This document shows, in pieces, positions 1 through 13,600 of a DNA stretch of 64,000 nucleotides (the stretch's first letter is position 1; each line of letters opens with the position of its first letter). The position numbers and the translations under genes were made by a program. Location: contig CAZAFB010000002.1 in NCBI GenBank assembly GCA_964484505.1, positions 9,679 through 73,678 of the forward strand. Direction: 5' to 3'. Source of the DNA: an uncultured Bdellovibrionales bacterium (GTDB lineage Bacteria; Patescibacteriota; Minisyncoccia; Moranbacterales; GWC2-37-73). A model generated the notes under the pieces. It made no database searches. It saw only the letters and a program-made list of their open reading frames with translations, and was not told the DNA's origin.

Positions 1-1594
1 CAGCCACAGTAAGGGCTTGACCGAAGCTAGAGCTGCTTTCTCCGGTAATATAAACATTAGCATCGGATCCTGCGATCATCGTTGAACTGTAACCCCCTCC
101 GGAATTTTGATAAAACAAATAAGTTCTACCCGCACTTGAACTATAACTCCTTGCTCCCACTACCAAATCAATTTTACCGTCTGAATTAAAATCTCCCGAA
201 TTAACAAAATTACCAAAACTCGATGAGCTTTCTCCTGTTACGATTACATCCGCAGAATTAGCAGTGTCAGGATATGAATCATCATTATAAAAGATATACG
301 CACGTCCATAGTCTGTATTATAAGTATAAGCTCCTACCGCAAGATCGGTTTTTCCATCGGAATTGAAATCGCCCTTAGTCAAAGCTGTTCCAAAATTGGA
401 AGCTGCCTCTCCAGTTATTATCACATCAGCCCCTATTACACCTTTGGAAGAAATATTATTATTGTAAAATACATATACCCTGCCAGCACTTGAATTATAA
501 GCTGGCGCTCCTATTACAAGATCAATTTTTCCATCTGAATTATAATCACCCACTTCCATAAAACCAGATCCGATCATTGACCCACTCTCCCCATTTATCA
601 CCGTCGCAGTTGTACTTTGACCGGGCGCGGTGAATGAAAGCGTCGGATCAAGGGCGATAGGATAACGCTCGGTTTTGATGTTCAGTTCGACAGCAATGGT
701 GGAATTGATGTCATCAATGAGCCAATCAGAATAATCCTTGGTACCATATTTGTCGATGAAAAACGGCCTGGGGATGATGAAGTCGGGAGCTTGATCTTCT
801 TGGGTTGAATTGCTATTTTTCAGATCTTCAGCCACCACTTTTTGGGCACGTTCAAGGAGACTCGGATCTACTTGGGCTTTTGCTTGTTCGTTTTGTTGGT
901 CCTGGTCACTGAAATAATACACTTCGACTTCCCCATCCTCATTGAGTTTTAGTTTGGCATTCTTGAAAGCATAGGCTTCTTCTTCGTGTCCGTTGCCTTT
1001 TTTATATACCAACCAGTTTTTGAGTTTTCTTTCACCTGAAGTCTGTTCTTTCTGGTAACCATAATAAAGCGCTTTTCTGTCGTCTTTAGTTTGGTACTTG
1101 ATGTATTGTTTTTCGTTTTTGGCTTCTTCGATTTTCGTAAGATCTTGATCTGCTTGCTGGCTTGGTGTCGGACTTTCCATGGTAAGTGTTTTTGCGGAAA
1201 TTCCTTGGGAATTTTTATCTTCCATGAAGATGGAACGTTGGCTGTCCAGCTTGATTTCGACAGGCTCTGCGTAGTTTTTGGGAAGATTTACAGAAAAATT
1301 TGCTTTCTTCTCTTCTTGCTGCTGGTCAGCATAGTGAATTTCCAATCCTACACTGCCATCATCTTTTATTTGATAATATTTGCCATCTTCGGAATCTCCA
1401 ATTTGAACGGTTGGAATTTGGTTGAAATCATTAATAATTCTATCCTTTATCGGCTCGACGGATTCCAATTCGGTCTGCAAAGTAAGCGGTTTGTCCTGAC
1501 GATTCCACATTTTAACCACCACAAAAACCAACACGCCAATAACAGCGGCAATTCCCAAGAAAGACAGCAATATTTTTTTATTTATATGCTCCAT
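1..1594 (-). CDS. FG-GAP (integrin-alpha beta-propeller) repeat protein, N-terminal part; C-terminus lies beyond window start
   Basis: ATG at 1592-1594 (minus strand) gives MEHINKKILLSFLGIAAVIGVLVFVVV, an N-terminal TM anchor. The same frame further in gives repeated DFNSDGKxDLAVGA / YIFYNDD / GESSSSFG units typical of FG-GAP repeats. Spot checks of the frame found no stop codons. It is absent from the ORF track because it runs off the window edge. Confidence 0.6.
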   Translation of the reverse strand, partial: MEHINKKILLSFLGIAAVIGVLVFVVVKMWNRQDKPLTLQTELESVEPIKDRIINDFNQIPTVQIGDSEDGKYYQIKDDGSVGLEIHYADQQQEEKKANFSVNLPKNYAEPVEIKLDSQRSIFMEDKNSQGISAKTLTMESPTPSQQADQDLTKIEEAKNEKQYIKYQTKDDRKALYYGYQKEQTSGERKLKNWLVYKKGNGHEEEAYAFKNAKLKLNEDGEVEVYYFSDQDQQNEQAKAQVDPSLLERAQKVVAEDLKNSNSTQEDQAPDFIIPRPFFIDKYGTKDYSDWLIDDINSTIAVELNIKTERYPIALDPTLSFTAPGQSTTATVINGESGSMIGSGFMEVGDYNSDGKIDLVIGAPAYNSSAGRVYVFYNNNISSKGVIGADVIITGEAASNFGTALTKGDFNSDGKTDLAVGAYTYNTDYGRAYIFYNDDSYPDTANSADVIVTGESSSSFGNFVNSGDFNSDGKIDLVVGARSYSSSAGRTYLFYQNSGGGYSSTMIAGSDANVYITGESSSSFGQALTVA

Positions 1595-1628
1595 TTGAAA
1601 TTTTTTGAGGACCGGTTCCTTTTTTTAA

Positions 1629-4600
1629 CTATTTAGCAAGGACAAAGGCGGCACTTTTTGCAGTTATTGTGCCGTCAGTATTGGTTTGACACACATACAC
1701 CTCATATTGTCCCCCGGCAAAATCCTTGCTTAATGATATTTCCCAGTTGCCATTATTGTCAGCAATCGTACCGGCAGTTGAAATTTGGCCATCCGAACCA
1801 TAGACGAAAACCGTAATTGAACGATTGCTAGGCACTGTTCCTGTCGCACTCAAAATAACATTGGCGGTTTCATTCTCCACAAATGCGGCATTGATGATAA
1901 TGAAATTATCATTGATTTCGCCTGAAAATTTCGGGTTGGAAAAACTTATTTTATCCCCTTTGTTTCCGTCGGAAGCTTCCAATGGATTATAACCATAGCG
2001 AAGTTCATCGCCATCTAGGAAAGTGTCACCATCGGTATCATATGAATAGGGATTCGTGCCGAGGCGATTTTCTTCTTCATCCACAAGCCCGTCTCCATCA
2101 GAGTCTACCGGCCCGTTGAAAGATTCGGTTGTTTGCGTTTTGACTGTTGGCACCGCTTCGGTCTCGTCCTTGCTTTCCACAATCCACCAGTCGAATGAAA
2201 TATCTTCCGTCACATTACCCTTAACTGAAACAACAAATCCCTCGCTTGGTTTCTTTTGGGTTACGGCGAGCGGATATTCGGCTGCCACTTTTGCCGTTAC
2301 GAATATCTTGGAATTATCAGTGACCGCCTTGGTTTTAATTTCCACATTGCTATTGTTTGCCCTGATGACAGCTTCCCCTATGGTTTTGGCTTCCGGATCC
2401 GTAATTTTAACCGTAAACACTCCTGCAACCATTTCTGCAGCGGTAATTTTGCCATCGAGCAAATCAACATTTCCTATTTCGTCTTTGTATATCATCTTTT
2501 GCACATCAAGCGCAATGGCGAAATCGAGAATTGCTTGATTTTGAGCATTGATCAGTTCCATTTGACTTTCCAATGTGGTGATTCGATTAACTTGGGCATT
2601 GAGCTGACTGCTCAAATCAGCAACTATCGTAGATTGGGATGCGATCGATTGTGTCAACTGAGCTTGAGCCTCGGTTATAATTCTGTTTACCTTGTCCTCA
2701 ACATCCATTTCGGCGATTCTTTGAGATACTTCTTCTTCCACCTTTTCCACGGTGAGCGATTTATTTCTGCGAGAGATGAGCACTTGGATAATTCCTTCTC
2801 CTTGTTGGATAGGCTCAAGAGCAACACCGACAGTAGAATCGCCGGAGTTTGCTTTCATAACATACCCTGGCTTGGTGGCTGCAGTAAGAGAATCTCCCGG
2901 ATTAATCTGTCCGTTTTCTGTGGATACTTTGGCGGGAACTTGTCCGAGCATACCGACGATGACGTAATTGTTGTCGAATTCCCTGCCCGGCTGAGCATTA
3001 CCCAACACTGAAGGAGAAGTGGAGACAATGCCCATAAGGTCAGGATCTTCTGCTCGAGTACAGCGCTTAACAGCATTGGAATTGTTGGTGTCTACGCATA
3101 CTGCTTCCCCAGGAGCAAGATCATGATCTTTTGTTTTGAAGAATTCGGCGTAGTCCGCGCTTCCATTAGTCCAAGCGTTGGAGTTATTAACATAAGCAGG
3201 GCTGGTACCGTCGCTATTCCAGTCTACATAGAACTTATAGGTGGCAGGGCTGGTTACGCCGATTCCCACGTTTCCTGAGCCGTTGATGGTTAGATAGGTA
3301 TTTGATCCTGCAGCTGCGCCGGAACCTATTTTGAAGAAGTCATCGGTATCATCTTGTCCTACATAGAAATCACGGGTGTTGCCGTCAAAGAGAACCAGTT
3401 GATCAGTGGCTGTTCCAGCTCCGAGGGTAATTGATGATTGACTAGTATCGGAACTGGTCATGGTCAAGATGCCGGTATTTCCGGTTGATAGGTTAGCGTA
3501 GTTGGAAGAATTGTAGGAAAGTCTGAGGCCATTGGTTGTGCCAAATATATCCAAGCTTGCTCCTGGCGTGGTGGTGCCAATGCCGAGGCGGCTATTGGTA
3601 TCATCCCAATACATTGTGGAGAATGCAGTCCAGGTACCGGCATTATTATAGAGCATCTGACCTTCTGTTCCGGAAGGCATACCGGATCCTGCCGCTGCCC
3701 AATATCCAGCCCCTGTTCCATCGGAAGTCCATACTTGACCGGAGGTTCCGGCAGAGCCAATGAAATATGCTCCGTAGGTGGATATGTCATAGCCATCGAC
3801 AGTACCGGAGATAATAAGATTGCCATTGATATTTGTATTTCCATTTACATCAAAAAGATACCCTGGGTCGCTGGTTCCGATTCCTACATTGCCATCTTGT
3901 TCTATAACTAAACGATTCAAACCACTGGTAAACATATTGATTCCATAATATCCGGAAACATAAGCTCCACTTTCGCTACCTGCATATGGTGTCGGGCGAT
4001 GAAATCCAAAACCGTAATGGTTCAAATACAATCCATTATAGGTAAAGTCATCATCAGATGTATTTGTGATACCGGGAGAATCATTATCCGTAGCACTTGC
4101 TCTGGAAATCTTGAGAATTCCGTTATTCAAATCAAGTTTTTCTCCCGGACTTGTCGTGCCAATGCCGATATTTGTTCCATTGTCATATATATTGGAATTT
4201 TCCAGGGCACTCGTTCCATTGAAGCGTGGAATGTAATTGTCTGTTCCGGAAATGGATGAAGCGGTTGCGTAATATGAACCATGTTGTCCATCGAGGAGGT
4301 CGGCGTTGAGGTTGGTATTGAGTGTTGTTGAGGTTACGGCTAATGGAGCTGTTCCTGTTGCCAGAGTTGAGGTGAGTTGTCCAGACATATTTAGTGTAGT
4401 GATTCCGGAAATCGCTCCTGCGCTTGAAATGTCCCAATCATTGCTATTGATAGCAATATCATCACCGCCGTCACCGAGTACCACTTGTCCATTTGCAGTA
4501 AGGGTTCCGTTGGACGTCAAGTTCGTGATAGCTGTAATTCCTGCCGGAAAAGTAACGTTCTTGTCTCTATCATAATATTCAGCATTTCTTCTTGCCGCTG

Positions 4601-7600
4601 GATAACCGCCCATCCACTCTATTCCATACAAAGTAAACGGATTCGCATATGTGGCAGATGCAATTGAAAATGTAATTCTAACTTGACCATATTGGGATGC
4701 GTTTGCGCTATACCATATAGGTGTATGAGGTATATAAACATGTCCAGGCCAGTTTGAAGTAGTACCATTGGTTATTTCCGTCCATCCATTGGTATTGTGA
4801 TAAGCTTCAATCTTGAAATTAACATTGTTTCCATTGGTTGAACAATATACATATAAGGCATTAAGAGAAATATATCCTGTACCGCCAGCCGCGTAGTCCC
4901 AAGTTAATCTATAATATCCCGAGCCACCAACGCTTGGCGCAGGTATGGCATTAACACTAGTTGATTGGCCTTCTCCAATCATCAAGTCTTTTAGATTATT
5001 TGTTGAAAGTCTTGTTGATGGCGTCCAAGTAGAACCATCTGCAGATTCTTCCTGCGAATATGCCGGTATAAATCTGAATTTATTATTGAATTGTCCATGG
5101 AAAAGCGCCATTTCTTCTACAGTTGGCGTTCCAAGATTGCTAGTTACGGTATTGAGAGCATTTTTCACTCCGGTTATTGTTCCGTTTACGGTCAAGGTTC
5201 CATTTACAGTTAACAAGTTACTATTAAGAGAAAGGAGGTCCGTATCAGAAGTATGACCTATGTTGGTGCCATCCAATCTTATATTATCAATAGTAGCAAT
5301 AGATCCAGTGTAGGAATTAGAAGTATTTGATAAAGTTAGAGCGTTGCTATATGTTCCAGAAAGCGAAGCATTAAGCAATAAGCCTGAGCCATCAATACCG
5401 TGCGATGTGTCGTCAACATAAAGACCTCCATCAGCCCTAAAATATTGTGGCGTATATATGTTCTTGGCAATATTCTGGTTAATTCTGAACCAAGTAGTGT
5501 CAGTGGAAGTCAATTCACCAACTTGAGTTGTGCCGTTATAGACTTTAATTGTTCCATTGGTATAAATATTGCCATTAACCGAAAGTTTTTCTCCCGGACT
5601 TGTCGTGCCAATGCCGATATTTGTTCCATTGTCATATATATTGGAATTTTCCAGGGCACTCGTTCCATTGAAGCGTGGAATGTAATTGTCTGTTCCGGAA
5701 ATGGATGAAGCGGTTGCGTAATATGAACCATGTTGTCCATCGAGGAGGTCGGCGTTGAGGTTGGTATTGAGAGTGGTTGAAGTCACGGCAAATGGCGCCG
5801 TGCCGGTTGCCAGAGTTGAAGTGAGTTGTCCAGACATTCCGATTGTCGTAACTCCGGAAAATGCTCCAGCGGTTGAAACGTCCCAGCTACTGGAATTTAC
5901 CGCAATAGTGTCTCCTCCATCTCCAATAGTTAGCGCTCCGGTAGTCGTCAAAGTTCCGGAAATATTATTGCTTCCGATTGTTCCTCCAGAAATCGTGATG
6001 GTATCGGCAACATATCCGTCAGCAATCGCATTACCACCCCAGGTTGCGTTCGAAATAGTCGAACCATTTATTGATATGAAACTGCTATTGGAATATATCC
6101 TCAGTGTACCATCAGCATCCAAAGATTGAATACCAGCTCTAAATGTTCCGCCGCTAGTTCCAGAAATGAGCCAAGTAGCTGAAGAGCCTGTGCCCATGGT
6201 AACATTCATACCTCCAGTATCTATACCATTGGTTGATCCCCAGCTACTACTGCGACCAGTTGTATAAACTCTGGAAAATGTCGGGCTGCTTGTTGTGAGG
6301 ACTGCTTGATTTAAATATGAAGCAAATTGATTACCATCCCAAAGATCAGCATTAAGATTGGAGACCAAAGTGGTTGAGGATACTGCTAACGGCGCCGTGC
6401 CAGTTGCAATTGTCGAAATCAATTGATTGTCAGTCCTGATTGCCCCACCGACAACATCAATTTTTGTCCCAGGACTTGTCGTTCCAATTCCAACATTTCC
6501 AGAATTTTTTATGGTCATCTTGACATCAGACATTGACACATTCGTGCCGTCCAGTACACCATTTAACGCAAAATGAAGATCACCAGTACCCCAAGTTCCA
6601 GTCCTTTGATGGTATATGGCTGATTTTATTGAATTTCCTCCTGCCACATATCCCTGAAAACCAATACCAGTCACTTCATTAGAAGCCAAAGGAGCCCCGA
6701 TCACTAATCCCACTTGGTTAGTGTTTGTGTCAACAATATGAGTTTTTGCTATCGAACTCGTCGTTCCAATTCCCACACTGCCCCCTACCGGATTAAGAGC
6801 GAGACTTCCATCATTAGCTATCCCTGTGTGCTTAGACTGAATGAAAGAATAACCAGCAGAACCCGCTCCCGCCACCGCACCAAGTTTGACTCCAACGTCA
6901 TTTAGTCCAGAATCAGTATCGAAACTCATTATTCCATAAGTAGTAGCATCTCCGGAAGTTCCAAGAATTTGTAACTTAGCCTGTGGACTCGTCGTTCCAA
7001 TTCCGACATTACCACTCGAATCTATACGAAGTCTTTCCGTACCGCCGGTTGAAAGTCCCAATGTGTCGGCAATCGGATTATAAATTCCCGTATTCTTGTC
7101 TCCCGTAAAAGTGAGGCTTGGAAGCGCTGCTGTTCCGGAGCCCATTCCGACGGTTCCGTTAAGATAAAGACTTCCGTTTTGGATAGCACTTGATGTCGAA
7201 TCAACGAGACGGGTAATGTCTGTGCGATAATAATCCTCAAATTCTCCGCGATTGTAGTACAATTGGGTCTGCTGTTCAGGAGTTAAATAGGCATCAAAAA
7301 CAGCCAAGCCCGCAATTTGAGCGTTTGCTTGATATGCGCCAGCATCATCCGAACCGATATACAAAGTTTTTCCCGTCGGATCTTGCGGTGTCCAACTGGC
7401 ACTTGAAGTATAACTGTTTCCATTAAGATAACAACGATTGTAGTTCCAATACCATCCGCAAGAAAGATGATTCCAGCCGTATCTGGTCACATCAGTCGTT
7501 GAAGTCGTTGATGTGGTCACCCATGCAGAACCGTTCCAATGATCGATAGAGAAACGATCATTCGTCGCATCCAAACGAACCCGTAATTCATTGGGGATGT

Positions 7601-10600
7601 ATAAAAGATATTTATCCGTATTATCACTTGTGATTGCGCGAGTCCATTGAGGCTTGAACCAGAAAGAAAAACCTCCCTTTTCTGATTTATAACTTGCCGG
7701 TACTGGGTATGACAATTTTTCTCCTGCGCGTGTAATTTCAGCAGTCGTGGTTGGGACATATGTTGTCGGAAAATATACGCTGCCGTTCGCCGCACTACGT
7801 TCAACTTGGATTCCATCAATATAAATGTTGCGGCTGGCGGATGGAAAATAAACTCCCACATCCCAGTTATTTGCGGCAGTGCTATCAAATTCACCGGTCA
7901 AACGATACCAACCATCCCCCAAAGGAGTGTAAGTAGTGGAAAGCGCGGTCAATCCATCATCTGTTCTAGCATAAAGACTTGCTATGGTCGAAGACATGTC
8001 AGCCCCCCAATAGCTTGTTTCATTTCTCCAGACATATGCTGAAACTTGGTGCTTCGTACCGGCAGTAACCTCTGAAAGATCGACTGTTTGGAAAACGCGA
8101 CAGGCAGCAGTGGAAGTCATATTTCCCGAATAAGTGCCATGCAGTGATTTGCCGGTCGATTGCGAAACAGAACATCCGGAACTTGCACTCCACTCACTTG
8201 GCGTCGATTCAAAAGAAGAATTTAGCAAAATATTCTTGCGCGATTCTTCCATATATATACCGAAATTTCCAGTCTTTGTTCCGGTGTCATAATAATAGTT
8301 ATTGGAATCAAACCCGCGATCTATTCGAGGCTCATTGGCGTTCTTGCTGACATATTTCAAACTGTTTTCATCAAGCGCCACCGCGCTACCGCTTGAAGCA
8401 TCAGTTCTTTGGAATGTTCCTACTTCTTTGCGAGAACCATCGATCGTGCCTTCGAAAGGAAGATGCAAGACGATATGCGATGAGAAATTGGAAGAGTTAT
8501 TGAGTCCGACATATCCGGTGTTTATGTATGAAGTGGAAAGAGTCCCTGTACTCACCGAACCTCCATACAATTCGCCTGATACACGTATACTTCCTCGCTG
8601 ATATGTGCGATTGCTTTGCTGAAGCATCACCAAATCACTCCTTTGATAATCCTCTATCGGCGCTTTGTCATTGTATATCTGAAGCACTTCGGCTTTGGTA
8701 AGACTACGACCAAAGATGGCAAAATCGGAAATCAAGGAATCAGCTCTGCCGCCCGCACTTGATTTGCTTCCCACATATAGCAGCGTATTTGTAGCCAACT
8801 GCTGAGTCTGGGCTGTCCATGAGGTCGCCGTAGCGACATATTCAATCCCGTCGAAATTTAAAACAAGTCCGGAAGTTGCATCCCATCTTACCGATACATA
8901 ATGATCTGTTCCGCCAACAAATGTTTGTGCCGGGGAGGAAACGGAAACTGTGGTCCAATTACTGCCGTTATACATCTGCGCATAAACCTTATCATCAGCC
9001 GCGCTATAGAAAATCTGAATAACATTCGGAACCTGCATAAGATAAAGGTCAGTTGCTGGCTTGTCATATGGCCACTCCGGTCTCCACCAAAATGACACTG
9101 TTCCTTTTGCAGGATCGATCAAAAAGTCGCTGCTCTCCGTGTTGCCGGTTCCGCGCCAGGCGTAATAATAGAGTGTTTCCTCGCCGCGGTTTCTTTGATT
9201 TGTGCCATTATTATAGATAAGTGAAGTTTCATATGGCACACCATTGGTGGTGTTGTAATCCGCTTCAATTTGACAACCATCCAATTGAATTTGTTTGCTC
9301 GCTTTGACGTTTACTCCATAATTAATCGCTCCGCCTGTTCCCGTGACTGTTCCCGAAATCTTATACCACCCACCCTCAACAGGTTTATATGAAGTAGCTA
9401 TAGCGCCATTGGCATAAAGCTCAACCACGGAGGAATCAACTGCACTGCGCACTGATCCTGATGTCGTATTTAACGCATAACAATAAAAGGGATAGCTTTG
9501 TCCGCTGGTAAGCGTATGCGAACGATAAGCGTTTCCGCCGGTAGCATTGGTATCACCAAGCGTAGCGGAATATGATTGGTGCTTCTTGTAGCCTGTCGTG
9601 GTGGTGAAAGTTTCCAAACCGCTGTTTGTCCATCCGCTTATTGAGCCACCGTCTTCAAATGAGGCATATTGGAAAAGATTACGTCTGCCGTTTTCCACCC
9701 AAACACCTTTGCCAATGTTTGTTTTTTCAAAGCGCGGAGTGTTGTTATATACATAATCATGGGTTATATATCCTGAGTCTGCAGTATAGGTAGCAGATGA
9801 ACCACTGGAAGTATCCGTTCTGGTATAATAGTCAGTATTTCCGCGAGATGATGAAAGTGAGTTTTGCATCGGCAAATAGAAAAGCAAATCATCGGCAATC
9901 ATTGAATTAGATAATCTCTGACCAGTTGGCAAATCGATATATGTGGAGCCTACTTTCAATCCGAGGTTTGTGTTGTCGCCGACAATATTGAGCAATCCTT
10001 CCGGGTTGGTCGTTCCAATGCCAACGCTTCCTGAAGCGCTGATCCGAAGACGTTCCGTTCCTGCCGTGGAAAAATTCAAAGTGTCATCGCCAGAGCTGAA
10101 CATTCCCGTGTTGGCATCGTTGTTGAAAGAAAAATTTGCATTTGACGCGCTTCCCTGATTGCTATATGCATATATATTGCCTACGCTCGTGATATCATTT
10201 GCGCCAAAGGTGATGTTGCCATTGGCAACCTCCAGGCTGGAACTTGGACTGGAAGTTCCGATTCCGAGTCTTCCGTTTAAATTATCCCAAAAAAATGAAC
10301 CGTTGTTTTGAGTGAGAAGTCCCCCGGTTCCGGCAAAAACCACTGATCCTTGCGTAAATCCGGTGGGAGTTATTGCCCCGGCAATGTTCGTGGCATACAC
10401 GTTTGCCCAACGATATGTGCCTGATCCTAAATTATATGTGTTATCAGCATCCGGTCCGAGATTTCCGGCAATCTGCAACTTGAAATTCGCCGGATTTGTC
10501 GTCCCAATGCCTAGATTTCCTGTACTTTGCTGCAGGAAGACTTGCCCGGAATTGAAGTTAAAATCTCCTGCACTGCCTACTGTCAACCTGGTCGTATCCG

Positions 10601-13600
10601 CTGTTTCCAAGTTTATACTATTGGCAGTACTAGTACCGAGATACATCGTATTGTCAGAATATATGTTAGCACCTGTGCCAAGTCCGCTTCCGGCAATATA
10701 TATGTTATATGTATCAGTAACTTGAAATCTTTTAGAGGGGTTTGTCGTTCCTATTCCGATATTCGTTCCATCGTTATATAGCAACGAATTCGCAACCCAT
10801 CCGGAACCATTGTTGCGTAAGGTTTGCCCGCTTGTGCCGCTTGGCAATGCGCCGCCGCCAGTTAAGTTAACTCCGTTCCAATATAGGTTTCCGCTGACGT
10901 TATACATCTTGTCGGTCACTGTTCCCGGTGCAGTCGTCTGCGCAAGACGAAGGCGACCATTTACATCAAGCGCCTCGGCAGGAGAAGTTGTGTTTATTCC
11001 AACCAAGCCATTATTCAAAACCAAAACGTCGCTATCCCATCCGGCAGCTCCTCTTGTTCCAAACTGCAGTCTAGCATAAGCATTTGTTGTATCGTAATAT
11101 ACTGCGCTTATACCGGCAGCGATGCTTCCGCTAGAAGTGCCTCTGAAGCCTATCCCGGACCACGTGTTATTTGTTCCGTTGGAATTTCTTATTATCAATT
11201 CCTCACCTCTTCCCCAAAGACTCGTGCTCGAATCTGATTTATTCACCTCCAATACAGCAATTGGATTTGTGGTACCAATACCGACATTGCCACCGTTGAA
11301 AGTAAAACCTTGTGTCTGGTTAGTATTGAATTGGAATTGATTGGAACCATATATGATATTGTTACTCGTGTTATTAAAATACAGATTCGCACCACTGCCA
11401 TCACCAATTTGAAGCGATCTGGCCAGACCGGACAAGATAACGTCACCATTGACATCCAATTTCTTTCCCGGACTTGTCGTCCCGATTCCCACATTGCCTT
11501 GAACATAAAGTCCGTTTGTGGGCGCACTATTTCCATAGTCACTCGTTATAGCCAAAGAGCCAACCTTTACAGGCAGTGCCGACCCGCCATCAGAAAAGAA
11601 TCCCGCATATGTTCCAGGTGAATAAATTTGACCGCCGATTCTGATTGCGCCATTTACATCCAAAGTGCGCGCGGGACTCGTTGTCCCAATTCCGACATTG
11701 CCACCAAAATATGATTTTGTTGAACCGGCGGTATAAATTGCAAAATTATTCGTCGAGCCTTTAACTAAATCAAAAACATATACACCATATTGCGTTCCGA
11801 TCGTTCCGGCACCGCTACCGTCATTGACCATCAGGCCATATGCATTGTTAGTAACATGTCCTGCTCCCGAATCAACTCTTGTCCAAAGAGCATGCGCATA
11901 ATCAGTTGTTCCACCGCTTCCATTGTTCCCTATCAACGACAAAACGCCCGTAACCGAGCTTACAGTTCCGCTTGTTATATTTGAACCGGTATTCAATCGC
12001 AAACCTTGCTTAAGTCCGGTATCTGCAATACCAAATGCTGTGTTGATAAATGCTCCATATTGTTCACTGGCGACAGCGGTTGAATATGTCTTCGAAACAG
12101 CAAGCATTGCTCCCGGATTTGAAGTTCCGATTCCGAAATTGCCTCCCATAAAATAACTGTTTCCATTTGTACTTATCTTGGTAGCAACGCCAGAATCGCT
12201 TGTTATATTTAGATATGCATCACCATTGTTTTCCAGTCCGAGACCGCCTCTGAAATTATCCCCACTGTTTTCAAATATTCTGAATGCATAGGTATTATCT
12301 ACTTGAGCTTGAATAGTTCCTTCTACATCAAATTTGTAAGCGGGACTTGTCGTTCCGATTCCCACATTGGTTCCGTTGTTATACAAAACCGAATTTGCAA
12401 TCCATGAAGTTCCGTTGTGACGGAGAGTTTGTCCGCTCGTTCCACTAGGAAGCGCGCCACCGCCGGAAAGATTGACTCCGTTCCAATATAGCGCGCCACT
12501 GACGTTGTAAAGTTTATCGGTCGTCGTAGCAGGCGCGGTTGTCTGCGCAAGACGAAGGCGACCGTTAACATCCAGAATTTCAGCAGGTGATGTTGTGCCG
12601 ATTCCAACGTTGCCACTGAAAAATCCATCTACACTAAAAATATCTCTCCATCTCAAAGAATCACTGCCCAGATCTCTTGTATCATTAGCACTTGGATAAA
12701 TACCGTTGGAAGTAAAATTTAATCTGTTAAATCCAGCAACATATACTTGTAATGTATCGTCTGCGCTTTCATAAAATCCAGTATCTCCATCGCCAAAGGA
12801 AAGTCCGCTCGCAGAAAATGTATAGCTCGTATCACTGATATGAAATCTAGTTGCAGGACTCGTCGTTCCGATTCCCACACGATTATTTGTCGAATCGATG
12901 TTTAAAATGCTGGTGCCGGATGCGTTTTGGAAATTTAGCGCGCTTGTTCCATTTGCCAGCATCCAGGGTTGCGGTTGCATCAGAGTCACTCCGCCGGCTG
13001 CATCCAAAACAACATCTCCGTTGTTAAAAGTGCGCAGCGTCAAATCATTTGATTCGAAAAGTTCGCCAACTTCGATCGTGAACGGCGCATTGGTTTTGAT
13101 ATTCGAAGCAGTTTGATTTGTGAAAATCAAATCATATGCCATCGAAACATCCCCGGAAGCAGTGAAAGAAGTCGGCACATTGAAAGATGCCTGAGTTGAA
13201 GAAATCGTCATCACGTCCGTGCCGCTCGCATTGAGCGTCAAAAGATTCCCGGTTCCATCGGAGCGAATGAAGAGACCTCCGGCGGCAGCACCCGTGTTGG
13301 AGTTATAGAAATTCGCGGCATAATCATTTACCGAAACATCAAGATCAATCGGGCCGTTCAGGTCAAGCGTGCCATTGACGGTCAACATATTACTCGCAAG
13401 ATTCAAAAGGTCGGTGTCAGAGGTGTGTCCGATTGTCGTGCCGTTAAGATAGAGATTATCTACCGTTGCGGCAGTTATATTTTGCAGTGCGCGAGCGGAA
13501 GTCAAAACGCTCGTGCCTCCCATGCGAAGTTCCGCACTGCCGATGATGTCAACATAGCTTGCGCCAGTTGCCAAATATGTCGAAGAAAAAGTCGTTACAT

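Noticed and set aside
1091-1636. 181-aa plus-strand ORF at the left end
   Set aside because: It lies entirely antisense to the FG-GAP gene, whose frame is open on the minus strand with clear repeat motifs. Its translation is low-complexity and it has no RBS, so it is a shadow ORF.
4134-5771. Possibility that the duplicated segment is a DGR template/variable repeat pair
   Set aside because: No reverse transcriptase gene is present in the window. Both copies are in-frame parts of the same ORF, and the mismatches at the repeat edges are not adenine-specific.
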